Assembly (NCBI GenBank): GCA_001662655.1
Contig: KV460263.1
Direction: 5' to 3' (one strand)
Source: Pseudogymnoascus verrucosus
Lineage: Eukaryota
DNA length: 64,000 nucleotides
The number at the start of each line of letters is the position of its first letter. Within the stretch, counting starts at the first letter, position 1. The notes beneath the pieces were generated by a model. The model was not told the DNA's origin. It searched no databases and saw only the letters and a program-made list of their open reading frames with translations. Made by a program: the position numbers and the translations under genes. Below are positions 50,366-63,277 of the stretch, in pieces.

Positions 50366-52416
50366 ATGCATTCCAAGTTGAACACAGTCGATCAGGCACA
50401 GATGGCGGAATTCAGATTCCAAGCTGCCGTGACTGAGCCCACCGAGCAAGCAACAGCCTCTCGGCTGAGCGAGACTGCGTCGGTATTTAATAACCCGCTA
50501 GCGATGCCTCTCCAAGGTGCAAAAGCCAGTATCCAAGGCATGCCCGTCCATGAACTCCATCCCATCGAGGTTTATAACATGCAGCACCCCGTTGAGCAAA
50601 CTGTAGCTCCAGGGTCCGAGCATTTTGAGTTCGGAGAAGGAAGTTCCAGTGGAGAAGAGGGACCAAACATTGAGCCGCAAATGGCTTCGATCATGGGTGA
50701 GCGGCCCTACAAGGCCCAGAAGTCCGCGAAACAGAAAACTCCAGCCATGATCAAAAATGGCCAGGCTGGCGCCATTGCTAGAGAAGATGCTGCTCGCCTC
50801 AAGGCAGACCAGAGAACGGCTGATGAAATCTACGGCACCGACGGCCCGGTGACTGAAGTATCACATCCACACACATTCTCGGTGCAGTTCCTAGAGCATG
50901 GCCTCGCAATGGACGCAGATTTTATGGGAGTGCGTAGCTTCCAAAACTGTCTGGAACGCTACGTTGCTAGAGAGTCACCAAAAAAACAGCGTTCTTCTCA
51001 TAGACCTGCGGACACTCTCCAACGCATCAAGGAGAAGAACCCAATTCCTCCATTGCACTACCCAAGGAATAAAGGACAGGTTTGCGCAAGCTGGAGGTAG
51101 GTTACCCCCCTCGTTACCTCTTGTAGAAATGCCGAGTTTTCGTCATGTCGGTTGAGTTGCCGAAGATCTCCTTGTTTCTCATACAAGTGTATGAATGACT
51201 GGCCAGAATACTAACAAGTTGCAGATATGAGCTCAAAACAAAGTGGGTCACCTACGAAGGAGATGTCTACGGAGTCAAAGACGGAGTCAGAGCAGACGTC
51301 CCAGAAGTGCCAACAGAACATTGGTACACCCTCCTTGCCGGGATCCACCATGATCACGGGCACCAGGGTCGGGACGCAGTCTTCGAAAAAGTCAAACCGA
51401 TCACCGCGAGTATTTCCAAGGGCTTTGTGGCCGCGTACGTCGCATGCTGCTGCTTACAGAGCAAGTCATCCACTCGTAAGGACAAGAACGTACGCGAAGC
51501 CTTTGCCGGACAGGAGCTTGCAAAGTCCGGCAAGCCCTCGAAGGGCAAGAAGCGGGCGATCGAGGAGGCTGACCCCGAGTCTCCATCTCCACCGGCCAGA
51601 AGGCCGAGAGCGCATTCCACCGAGCCAGTTATGGTGAACGCCGGTGATGAGCAAGTTGCGTCCTTGCGAAATGACTATAGTCCGCCCCAAATGGGTGTGG
51701 AGGTAAGTATCCATCCTCCAATGGAGGATGTATGATGAACACCGACTTACTGTAATGCAGCTCCCAATTGCCATGGCAGACCCATACCGGGATGTCGCTG
51801 GCCCGGTTGAGAACAACGGGATGGTGACCGCGCACCAAGCCGCTCCGCAGATCCCGGAAGGTCTGAACAATACTTTGTCCTTCGACGTGGCGGGTATCGC
51901 AGCAGTGGCTCCTGTTGCTCCTGGGTCAGAATCGACCCCAGACGACTCTTGGCTTTGGCTAGAGGACGTGAACGGATCGGGTGCCGAAGAATGGCAAGGT
52001 GATGACAGCGATTGGCTAAAGCAAACTGCCTCTGATGTGTTGGGACTCCCAAGCTTGGGCGGGAGCTTCCACACAGAAGTCGTGGCGAGCGAACAAGCCT
52101 CGCAAGCTACGATAGACCCACGCTTAGTAAGTCCCCATTCCGCCAAAGAGAATTAACTGACCTAACATTTCAGTTGACACTTCCTGCACAAGGGGACAAT
52201 ACCAGTCACCCGCAGTCGAACGTCAATAACCCTGGGCTATCGTTGGGCCTTGTGAGTTTTGCCACCTTAATTTCCAAATGCAATTACTGACCACATTTTC
52301 AGGAGGACCCATCTGTTGATACATACGGCAGTTTCTCAGATGCGGAATTCGGCCAGTTGGTGGACGACATGTCAGAATGGTTTATAGCCGAACACCCGTT
52401 GGATCCTAGACCCTAA
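50366..52416 (+). CDS. Orphan protein with integrase zinc-binding (HHCC/H2C2)-like motif
   Basis: Introns 51097-51224, 51703-51760, 52127-52173 and 52252-52302 give one frame ending DPRP*. Motif WYTLLAGIHHDHGHQGRDAVFEKVK..ISKGFVAAYVACCC. Confidence 0.65.
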
Positions 52417-53454
52417 TCGGCATAGATGGATCAAGATTTTGCATTAGCGGGAGTTTAAAAAGCGTCAAGCACGGAAAAGGAAAAACGGATATACCCAGGA
52501 GAAGAAGCGGCAACGGAGTTTTTGGAGTTTTTGTATGTATTGTTTGTGTTATGCCTCCCAGAGGCCGAGGGGGTTTCTCGGGGGTTCATGTGTAGCGGGA
52601 CGCCGTTACATATGACCTCTGCATACTCTCCTGCACAACTGCGTCCCTGAGCATAAAATGCAAAGGGAGCGAAAGCATAAATTGCTATTCTTTGAGCGTT
52701 GTTGGGGCTTTGTACCATGCGGGAGTCTCTGCAGAGAACCTGTGGAGTGATGACCTGGGGCATGAAATGCAACAGGGGTTAGAGCATACAATGTCATAAC
52801 TTAACCACTCACATTGAGGTATTATGACGTGAACCTGCTTTGTGACTGTGAATAGAAGACCCTGAGATCAAACCATGCCATCAGTTGAACATCATCGGCA
52901 AACGCACAGTATGACTCGGTATCATAGTGCTTGGCATTGTACAGACAATAAGAGTTGGTGAACCAGCTGCGCTGAACATGGCTATACTGGGAACGACTGA
53001 CAGACAGACAACAGTGAGACTTGAATGAGAAAGGCAAAGTATTCACGATCATAAACGTAACGAAGTCAACAGTAACAAAAGCAAGCAAATCACTACATTG
53101 GCTTAATATAAAATCATTTGACAGAGGTGATGCACACTCAACGACTATGATCCTGGATGCTTTCCTGTGGCTGCCTTAGCTTCCTTTCATAGCATTGCTC
53201 TGAATATTAGGTCCGCGTGAGGAGCTTCATACCGGTTGGGTTCTCTGCCGCCACTGTCTCCTTCTAAAATTAATGCGAGTTGTAACCGACATCGCTGGCC
53301 CGCTGCCCGTGCCATGCCTCCTCACCAACTTGCCAACGGCCCCATAAGGCCTACCCGATGCACCTCTACCCGAAAACACCAAATCGACAAAAGCTCCCTC
53401 CAACTCCCAGCTATGCACAATTCTTCATTGACACTTCTATACAGAGCCGGGCGG

Positions 53455-55647
53455 TTAATAATTCCCATTGCTCTTCGTAGGCGACGCATGAGTTTTGACA
53501 CCTGGCGCGTTTTGAATCTCCCCGAGAACTTTGCTTCCTTTCCCAGCATCTGCTCGCAGATCTTCCTCTGGATCATCGATGAGATGATCCATAAAGCTGA
53601 CATAATCGTATTGTGGCATGCCTCGATCCTCCTGCAAGTCTGGCCCCTTATGTGCGGGGATTATCTTGGTCAACTTCTCAATAACGTCGTCAGGCACGAG
53701 ACTATGTCGCAGGTCCATCTCTGTAACATAAGGCTTTCCATCAGCAACCTCTCGGAAACTCTGGAAGACTTGCTCGGCCGTGTTTTGATCCTCAGTGACG
53801 TCCACCATGAAGTTGATAAATTGTTCGAAAGTCACGCGGTCACGCCCACGAGATGTCTCTAGGAAGTAGTCGTGCATCTCGTCCTCGCTAAATACCAGCC
53901 CAAGAGACGCCAGCGCGGCGCTAAATTCCAGCTCCTGGAGACTATTGGAAGCATCACGATCGAAATGGCGGAAGACGCTCTCGAACTCCTCCAGCTGTAT
54001 AGGTGTGAGGTTTGTCATATTTCGTGCCACCACTTGGTTGTCTAAGAAGGCCAGCTTCTTAGACACCGAACCCTTCACAAGGCCAAGTTCGTAGGAAAGC
54101 TCATCATATGTGTATGTCGTGAAGTCGTTCTCTTCGATGTTTGCTTCTTCACATTTTTGGTCGAGTTCGGCGATCGTCTCGAGATACGAGTCGAGCGGTG
54201 CCACGCTTTCATTTAGTCGTTTGACATGTCTTAACTGATCTTCAACGTCACCCTCCAGCCCCGAAACGGCGAGTTGCATAGCATTCAAAGCAAGTGCAAA
54301 GTCATTAGCCTTGTCTGCAAAAGTTCTCCTCAAGGCATTTTTGATACTAAAAGGAATGTTAGTCTCGTAGAATCTTGAAGGTAGAAAGGTTTAGTCTTAC
54401 TCCCTGATTGTTTCGTTGATGAGCTGCCCCCTTGCCATCTCGGCCCTCATCAACACTGCCCATTCTTTCTCCAGCGTATCCAACCGGAGCTCTTGCGGTG
54501 GGTCGTAGGGCCGAAGGCGGTAGGTGCTCATCTTTGTCTTGATATTACCCAGTAATGCTGCCAGTTCGCTCTTCTCCGCTACCCATTCCCTCTTCTGCCC
54601 CCTTTTATACACGCCAAACTCCGCAGATTGACTCTTTGCGTCGACATATGTGCCTTCAAAGTCAGAATCCTGCCAACTTTGACCTTTCTCTTTGATAGCC
54701 TTCAAGAGGGCTCGCATTCTTCGCTCAAATGCACTCTGCATCTCCCAGGCGCCCTGCATGCTGCTGACAAATTTCTCAACCCGTCGACCTGCATTTTCAA
54801 CCTTCTCCATTTGTGAGAAAGCATGGAACCAGTATGCAATATACGTCATCAAGGATCTTTCATCCGGTTTGGCGACATCGCAGACGTCCTCCACATCAAG
54901 AAGATCTGGTATACCGATCTCTTTGCTCGCAATATCAAAAGCTAATTGCATATTTCCACGATGGTCTTTCTTGTCCAGTGCGTCGTAGTCGATCAGATCT
55001 GGGCGATGTATATCCAGCAACGCACAGAACGCCAGCCCATCGTTCCAGCTTGCACTAAAGTCCCTAACATCCACTTCATCGTAACAGGCCGTTTTCCTCT
55101 GGCACCAGAGTAGCAAGCCTTCCTTCGCAGTCATACCCTCCTGGTTGATATCGGAGATTGTGAACCGTAGAATAAGAGTCCATATAAGCCCAAGTATAAT
55201 CTTCCGGTTTCCATCAACCACATCTTCGGCGCCTATGTTGGTCATCTGGATTCCTTTCGATTTTATAAAGTCGAGCGAGAGGTTGGCATTTTCGAATCGT
55301 TGCACCCGTAGCTTTGGCTTCGCCGCATAGCGGCCCAGGGACTCGCTGGAGAGGCATTCGAGAAGATGGATAAGTATAACCTATGGAAGGTCTTAGCACA
55401 CTGTAGTTGGATATTGACAGTTCGCAGCTTACACCGTCGCTCAGATCTTTCACCAAATCCTTGACTTCGACCTCCCTAGCTGATATCTTGGCGTTCAGCC
55501 TATATGAGGTACCTGTTAGCTAACCATACATCCAAGAAATAGCTCACTGCGCATGCCCTCAAGCCAGGGTTGTGTGATAACGCACCATTTCGTAAATGTC
55601 TTCTGCTGGACGTTGATCCACTTATGTTGCTCTGCTGCGTACGCCAT
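53455..55647 (-). CDS. AIN1: Alpha-actinin (2 CH domains, spectrin repeats, EF-hands)
   Basis: MAYAAEQHKWINVQQKTFTKW|LN..DLSDG|VILIHLLE, IGAEDVVDGNRKIILGLIWTLILRF, SWNDGLAFCAL and EF-hand FRHFDRD. Three introns, the last at 54347-54400. Confidence 0.95.
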
Positions 55648-56297
55648 AACTGATCGGCTCCTGCAAGGGGCCCCTTCTCATGAACTGCTCGATATTCCGC
55701 TTGTTTCCCTGCAATATTCGATCCGGCCTTTCTCTGCCTCGGTATCAAGCCTCCTTCCCCACGTATGGCTTGGCTGATATAGATTCGCTGGCGGGTTGAG
55801 GAAACCTTTGGTAAGGGCTTATTCGCGGGACTCGAGTTTGATCGTAACGCACGACAGATACCGGTTTGGCAGTGAACAATAGCTAGTTATTATAGAATGT
55901 AATCTGAGTTTCGTAGTTATGTGGTTCTCGACATTCCTCAGCGATGTTCGCAGTGTTTACTTTTGCGGGAGGGGAAGTCGCCAGAGCAACTGTACCTGAT
56001 TGGCAGCCTTGCGATCCACATTTCTGGCTGGACTCGCCATCATCGGATCGTTCCTGGCCAAACATAATCGTGAACAACCCCCCCCCCAACATGGAGAAGT
56101 TGTCGACTTCTTTACAGTTTGGAACACAAAAGACTTGCAAGGCTGATCACAACAGATAATATTATTTTCACAGAAAAGTCTTCACATGTCACTCAAATTT
56201 GAATCAGAATTGGATTTCTTTTGTCTAAGATATAACTAACTGTATGCAAACGTCTACATTTCAACAATTTCATTCCATCCAAAGGAACAGTTGAGTG

Positions 56298-56441
56298 CAG
56301 TGTTCCCCAAAATAGTATTAGGATTTGTGGTTTTCGAATAGTATTCGGCGAGGATTTGTATGAGTATTCGCCGAATACTTTCAGATGGCGAGTATTCGGG
56401 AAAACCCCGAATAGTATTCGAATACTATTTGGGGAACACTG
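56298..56441. mobile_element. Non-autonomous hAT-type MITE (144 bp)
   Basis: TIRs CAGTGTTCCCCAAA(A)TAGTATT at both ends. Perfect 8-bp flanking duplication GTTGAGTG at 56290-56297 and 56442-56449. Internal GTATTCG/CGAATA subterminal repeats. Confidence 0.9.
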
Positions 56442-56662
56442 GTTGAGTGGATGCCTTTGGGATATCCCAATATCCAATATTAAGTTCAAAAAATAACAAA
56501 CGATATTCAATTCGAGCAGTCGTCTCGGGCCTTGTGCTTCCCGGATATGTAAATGTATACTTACCCTAGACTGCTATCCTCCATTACGGCGCAGGTCATC
56601 AGCAATCTGGATATATGCTAACGCGCTATACAGTAAGTAGGTCCTGGTATTGTCGATGGCAC

Positions 56663-57966
56663 CTAACATTCCACGGTGGCTGGTTGGGCATCACGGTACC
56701 AGTTTCGTCGAGGATCGCCGAGGCAGGTCCCAACGGTCACCGAGGTGCCATATCCAGCTTCGGCCATTGCCGCGAGGATATACTCTGTGAGAGAGTATAC
56801 CGAATGGTAATGGATATCATGCTGGAGAATGAGGAAGCTGCCTTGACTCGGGTCCTCACCACGGGCGGCAATGGCGGCGTCCACGTTATTCATTGAGTTG
56901 TGGATCAACTCGGCGTCATTGTTCCAATAGTCAACGGTGTCGACGTCGAAATAGATGTTGTGGTAGCCCATATCATCGAGCTTCTCAGCGCAATTGTAGT
57001 CGCAGGAAATATATGGTGGTCTCATGTAGGTTGGGATGATGCCAAGGATATTGCGGACTGCCATTTCGTTCCGGTACATTTGTCTGTCGAATTCTTCTTC
57101 ATCTACCCCGCTGAGGTCAGGATGCCCCCAGGTGTGACTGGCAATTTGATGACCCGAGTCATACATTCTCTGTGAGTAAGTTAGCATGAGTTATATATAT
57201 TTTTGGTCCGCGCTGGCTCATACCTTGATGATAGCTGGATAACCGGTTGAGCAGTCGTCGATCTCATGTACGCCATTATTATTGCCAGCTATGAGAAGTC
57301 AGTAAGACGGGACTACCACGGCATGGATATTTTACTTACTGATAAAGAATGTTGCTTTAGCGCCATACTCGTCCAAGAGATCCAGCAAGTCGTCGGTATA
57401 CGCAGATGGGCCATCATCAAAGGTCAAAGCGACAGTACCCATCTCGGTACAGTGCCGGATCTCTCCACTTCCTGCATATGGCACAGACCCGACCTTGCGT
57501 CTGGGGATTATCGAGGTAGTAGGACCCGTTGACCGTTTGTATATATTGGCGTTGGTATGCGGGGGATAGAGAGCACCTGAATTCTGGAATTTGGTGCTGT
57601 TCCGGTCTCCGCAGTACGGCTCTTGGATACCACAATAACTGCTCCATGTTAGCGAGATTAAAACGACGAGGAGAGGGATACCAACCCATAATCAGAGCAG
57701 CAAGAACCAGTCTTGCAGCTACCAAAGCCAGATCCACAACGTCCATAGTCAAAGCCAACTGTGGCCATGTGCATGTTCACGATTACCCGGTTTCTTTGAG
57801 AAGTAAGTGTTCCGTTGCTGACCGTGCTTTTGTTGGATGCCTCCCACGTATTGTTATATCCTGTTCCTGGGTTCGAGTCTATGGTCTCGTTGGGTTCGAT
57901 GTGATCGACATTTCGAGGAAGGGCGGCTACGGCAATAGCCGCAAGCAAAATGATGACGGGATGCAT
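56663..57966 (-). CDS. Secreted chitin/polysaccharide deacetylase (CE4/NodB) with N-terminal hevein-like CBM18
   Basis: Signal peptide [14 protein letters not shown] and [24 protein letters not shown]4 motifs TFDDGP, HTWGH, RPPY, DTVDY and LQHD. Introns 57639-57685, 57289-57339 and 57170-57223. Confidence 0.92.
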
Positions 57967-58808
57967 TTTGGCAGAAGATCGTACTGGTTTATTGGGCTTT
58001 TGAGGGCGAATGTGGATTTAAGAAATAGTAATAACAGAAGTTATATGAACTTTCATTCATATGAGAGCTCCTGAGATGTGATAGGCGCTTTCTCGATGAG
58101 ATATTTGGTACGACTACCGCTGTCGCCCCGGTTTGTGATGAATGAGACTGTGTACGGTGAAGAACAGGAAGAAGAGAGGGAAGAACACAGGGAATGAGAG
58201 GATTATCGGGGGCATTACGTGACATATCCTAACTAGTTAGTTGGAAATTCAAGTGGTCTTCAAAATCATACGAATGCGTTACTCATACTTAGAACCATAA
58301 CTAACTTTCCATACAAAATATGAGAAGAGCAGACCATATTTCGAGTCCCAAACGGTTATTAATTCTCACTTGGGAAGCTTGTTTGCAGCTAGTGATTTAG
58401 CCTCTGAAATAGCGCCGTTCCCCCCTTGCTATACTGCACTAACCTGGATTAAACCCTCGTCTCCTGGTTTATCCCGTCATTTCTATTTCGACTCCTGAAT
58501 TAGCACAGGCACGTGAAATGTAACTGCCCACACGCATGCTCACCCGTTCGTCACCTACCATGATATTAAATGATCCCATAGTATTTAATGGAACGTAAGA
58601 TGATATATAGCTTTATGACGTGTGTGTGTATTACTGCGACGTATGTAGTCGGAATATCGTCGAAAACACGTGATAAACTAACTTCTTATGAGTAATTTTG
58701 AGTCACAAACTATAGTAGTTAGTGCATCGATTAGAAAGATATACATACTCTCTCATAATATCGTATGGTCTCAAGCTTCTATTTTCTATTCTGTATATTT
58801 TCTTTGAC

Positions 58809-59810
58809 ATGAACATGGACACACCAGAAGCAATTACCGGCCCTGTAGCCTTCCACCGCTGGCCCCAAGACCTGGCCCAAACGATCCTTATATCAGTCCT
58901 CCAAGACCACCTCCCCCACAGCAACCCTCTCTACAACCGCATCCTCGCTCCCCAAAACACTCCATCCCGACACTGCCTCTTCGCCGCCACCTTCCCCCCT
59001 TCTTCCTCCCCCAATCCCTCCTCCACCCCCACCATCCTCTTCGCCGACCGCTCCCGCCACACCGAAGCCCAGATCTGGCTCTTCAACCCCCTCACCATCC
59101 TCCCCTCCCTATCAGCCTCAGAATCTGAAACCCTCAATTCCCACGCAAAAGCCGCAATCGTCTTCCTCCGCGATACCGTCGTCCCCGCCGCGCCAGGCTG
59201 GCCTTTCCTACCCCTCCTCAAGTTCGGATGCATACCCACCCACCTCGCCGACGCCATCACATGCGTCGCGCGCCCCTTTGATGCCGTGAAGCATGACACG
59301 AATTGGACGCACTTCAACATCCCCTTAGCGGGTCCCCACGCCTCGTCGCTGCCGGAGGGATTCCAGATCGCCCCCGTCCCGCGTGAGCAGCTGGGGCTCG
59401 TTATAGCGACGAGCGGGATTCCGAGGGAGGCAGAGACGCTACAGGGGCTGCCTAGCGTGGCTATATTGGATGAGGGCGGAGAAATGGTCGCCTGGGCGTT
59501 TGTGGATGTTGATGGGTCGTTGGCGACGCTGTTTGTAGTTGCGGAGCAGAGGGGGAAGGGGCTTGCGAAGGCGGTGGCGGGGGAGCTTTTGGGGAAGTTG
59601 GGTAGAGGGGAGTTTAGGTCGATTAGTGGAAGGGGGAAGGGGGTTGTAGATGGCGATGATGGATTGCTGCCGTTTGGGCAGGGGAGTGGGTGGGTGCATT
59701 CGGAGGTCAAGGAGGGGAACAGTAGGAGCGAGAATGTGGTTGGAGGGCTGGGCGGAAAGAGATGTGGAATGAGTAGGTATGTGTTTATTGCTTCCGACTT
59801 GATTCCGTAG
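58809..59810 (+). CDS. GNAT acetyltransferase, FR47-like
   Basis: Single exon with HLPHSNPLYNRI, VAWAFVDVDGSLATLFV and acetyl-CoA motif QRGKGLA. ATG at 58809 or 58815. Confidence 0.85.
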   Translation: MNMDTPEAITGPVAFHRWPQDLAQTILISVLQDHLPHSNPLYNRILAPQNTPSRHCLFAATFPPSSSPNPSSTPTILFADRSRHTEAQIWLFNPLTILPSLSASESETLNSHAKAAIVFLRDTVVPAAPGWPFLPLLKFGCIPTHLADAITCVARPFDAVKHDTNWTHFNIPLAGPHASSLPEGFQIAPVPREQLGLVIATSGIPREAETLQGLPSVAILDEGGEMVAWAFVDVDGSLATLFVVAEQRGKGLAKAVAGELLGKLGRGEFRSISGRGKGVVDGDDGLLPFGQGSGWVHSEVKEGNSRSENVVGGLGGKRCGMSRYVFIASDLIP

Positions 59811-60052
59811 GTATTCTCTGAATAGGTGGATATCTGTATATACTTTCTAGATAAACCGATACCATAGCCATAGAACCATAGACGTAGATATTATACACAG
59901 ATCTGAAGCTCATAATCTCTAAATGATATGTAAATAATTATCAGATTCCCGCAAGCCCATAATAACAATATTCTAAATAATCCGCTATGCTAAAAAATCG
60001 CTCGTCACATCATACCTTCGTAACTATAACCCACTCTATTTCACCCCACGTC

Positions 60053-63000
60053 TCACGAAGCACTGTCCAAGACCCTCACATAAGGCGCCGGAAACAAGCC
60101 CTTGGCACCCATAAACGACCCATGGAACCAATCCCCATTCACATCCACAACCTCCCGCACCTCCGCCCCTCTCGGGAACAGCAGCTCGTTCGCCCCCTCC
60201 CCCTCCTTCGGGTACCAGCTCCACAGCGCCACTGCCCGCATCCCCACCCCGCCGTCGGGAGGGAACTCCCTCGCCATCGCCGGGTTACCAGTCGGTGCCG
60301 TGGAAGAAACATTATTCGTCACCAGCCTCGCCCTCGTGCCCTCCGCCCAGCTCCACTGCTGAAGCCCTGCATCGACAGCATCCTGCGTCTTGGCTGGCTC
60401 CTCAAAGAGCCCACGTCCTCCGACGCGGTCCTGCACGACAACTCGCCGCTGACCACCCCTCGCATCTTCAAACCCCACAATAACCATACGGTGGCCTTGG
60501 AGACAACGTCGCCATCCTTGATGGCCGTTCTCGTTGCTAATCCGCTTCTTGTTCACCATAGAGTGATAGCACGTGGTACAGAGATCATAGTCTCCGGCTT
60601 CGCGTCCAGGCAGCGCTGATGTGCACTGGAAGCAGTGGAAGCGCGTCTGAGTAGGCTGGATGGGGTAGTGACACGCATCGCACTCGACCCTGAAGCTTAG
60701 CGGCTTGAAGCTACCCAGCTCGACAACACCCGGTCCCGTCAGTAGCGTCGCCGTCCTTGGAGTCTGGTGGTCATGGGGTGGGCTCATCGGCTCTCCATCG
60801 CGGTTGTCAGGTTTGTAGAGAAGTGGCAGCAAAGGGTGTGTGCAGCACCGTCCCTGGTTCACACAGTTGTTGCAGAATCCCCAGTCCCCCTCATTACAAG
60901 AATCACAGCGCCAGTAACACTCATTTGCCCACTCCTGGCAACTTGCACAGAACGCCCCGCTCTGTAGCCTCCTCGCCGGATCCTCCGTCGTCAACGTCCT
61001 CCTGCCCTCCGCACCACCAGGCGTGATCCTCGGCGGTAGATAGCGCTCGGCGAATAGCATATGCGGCTTCTCGGCATTGGGTGGGATGTGACCGGCAGTA
61101 CGGGCTTTCTCCCATTTCGCCCACGCGGCGTACCCAAAACCGAACCAGTGCTCACAGCCGCGACCGGACCGGTAACAGCCAAGGCATAGGTTCCACTCCC
61201 CCCTGGCGCAGATGGAGCATGAGTAATGGAGCTCGTATTCGATGTGTGATTTGTGGCAGCGATTGCATTGGATGGATGGCTCTGGGAAGCGGGGGAGGGA
61301 TACGCGCTGGGAGGCTGTTGACTCAGAAGACGTGGGACGGCTGACGGCTTGGAGGGCGGAGGCTCGTTCGGTGGCTGTGGAATGGTGGGAGAGCGCCGCG
61401 GCTGGGCTAAGACCAGGTTGCGAATCCTGTGGGGTGGTTGCTACAGGTACTGGTGGTGGGGGGTAAGCGGGAGCTTGCGATGCTGTGCGCGTGTGGGATG
61501 ATTGAAGCTCAACTGGCGACGCAGCAATTTCAGCTTCCCCTGCTAACTGGCTTCTCGGGGGGAGAGTCGGTGGCCGGCGTCGGCCTGTCGCAAGCTCAAC
61601 AACGTCGGCAACGTTTGACGATGTTGGCACCGGCTCCGTTGTGCTTCTTGTTTCGACAGACATTAGAGGACGTGTAGGAGCAATGTGTGATGAAGTAGAT
61701 CGTTCTGTAAGATCGGTGGCTGATCGAGCTGCAGGTCGTGTCACTGGGGATGATGATGGAGCAGGTGATGTGGCACTTCTGGTGCTCCTATGTCCCCCAC
61801 TAGCCGTTCGCCGTCGTCTTCGTCCTTCATCACTTGATTGTGGTTCGAGGCGAGTTGCGCTAGTACGAGGACTTGCTCTCGTGGCCTCATCAGCTTGGCT
61901 AGCAGCACTCAGGGACCTAGAGTGTGGAAGTCGCCGGGCTGTCGCCATAGGAGGTGCTGTAGTCGTGCTCTGGCGAGTCCTGCTCGATGTAGCTGATCTA
62001 TGTTCACTACGATCGCTCGGGCTTCTATTTCTTGGCTCTGGCGCAACAACTTGTTCAGCCCTTTCCCTTTGGCGTCGTCTAAATGCTTCTGCAATTCGCT
62101 CACTGATTTGGTCTTCCTGGTTGACATCGATGTTCTCCAGGTCGATGCCGTCTAACAGGCCTTCTTCGCGAATCTGGCGTAGGATCTCTTCCTCCATCTC
62201 GCGCGAGTCCACATCCGAGGAGCTTATCAAGGAGCGCAGGGACGATTGGTGCTCAATCTGCCTCACAGCAGTTCGGTTTGCGTCGTCATTCCTCCGTCGC
62301 GAGTCATCCTGGCTTCTGCGAGCTGCTGCTTCTTCGCTCCGTCGTCGTCTCCTTTCTAAAGCTCGAGTAGATTCTGGGTGTAATGTAGTCGGTGACGACG
62401 CAGATGCTGATGCCCTTTCCTCGCGCCTCTCCTCACGCCTACGCCTGCTCTCACTCCCGCTGTCCTCCTCAGCCCTCCTTCGGTCTCTGTCCTGTCCTGA
62501 CCCGGCAGGGTCACTGCTTGGCTCTCTGCTAGCAGTCCGGCTAGATGTGCGCCCCGATGCCCTCGCCCTTTCTTCTCTCCTCCTCCTCCTCTCCCTCCTT
62601 TCTTCCGGAAGCTCGACCCCCACCTCCCTCAAACTAGCCATCTGAACCTGCTGTATCAGCCTCCCATCGTCATCCTCGGCCATTCGTTCCCTCATAGTCT
62701 TCTCCCGCTCCTCTGATTTCGGCATGACATCATCGCCCGGGCTGTATTTCTTCTTCACATCCTCCTTCTCCTCCGCCGTCCTGCCTTTGTCCGGGTTCGC
62801 GGCGAGGAACATCTCAAGGAGCGTCGTGACTGTCGCATTATTCTTCGTTGCGCGCACCACGGCACGACATGACGGGCAAGTGACGGGGTTGCTGCTGCTC
62901 GAAGAAGAGGCGCCGGAGGCACGCGCCGAGTTGAGCTGGAACGCGAACCATTCCTTGAGGCACGCGCCGCAGAAGGTATGGAGGCAATCGAGGAGGGTGA

Positions 63001-63277
63001 GGGGTTGGTAGAGGACCTCGGTGCAGATCTACAGGGCGAGCTCGTTAGCTAGTGATTAAGATAAAGCGCTGCAAGGCGTAGCCATAGGAGCCAAAGGCGA
63101 GTAGGCATTGCTCCCAAGCTGTCATCGGCGTCGTCACGACTGCGGCTTAGCTGTCGAGGCTGAGGACCGCTTGTGGCCGCGGTGACGTTCGCCTGGCATG
63201 AAATAAACGGGTTGTGGCTTCCTCACCGAACATGTCAACTCCCTCTCCAAGTCCAGTCCTTGGTTTGCGGCCTCCAT
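60053..63277 (-). CDS. RING-HC E3 ligase with ZZ-like zinc fingers and C-terminal SH3
   Basis: MEAANQGLDLERELTCS|ICTEVLYQPLTLLDCLHTFCGACL..CPSCR (intron 63029-63226). Three CxxC-rich ZZ-like clusters and SH3 AVALWSW..ELLFPRG..GDWF.G..GLFPAPYV. Confidence 0.9.

Noticed and set aside
61641..62645. 334-aa + strand ORF (likewise 58931-59710 and 30253-31221)
   Set aside because: Antisense to well-supported genes.
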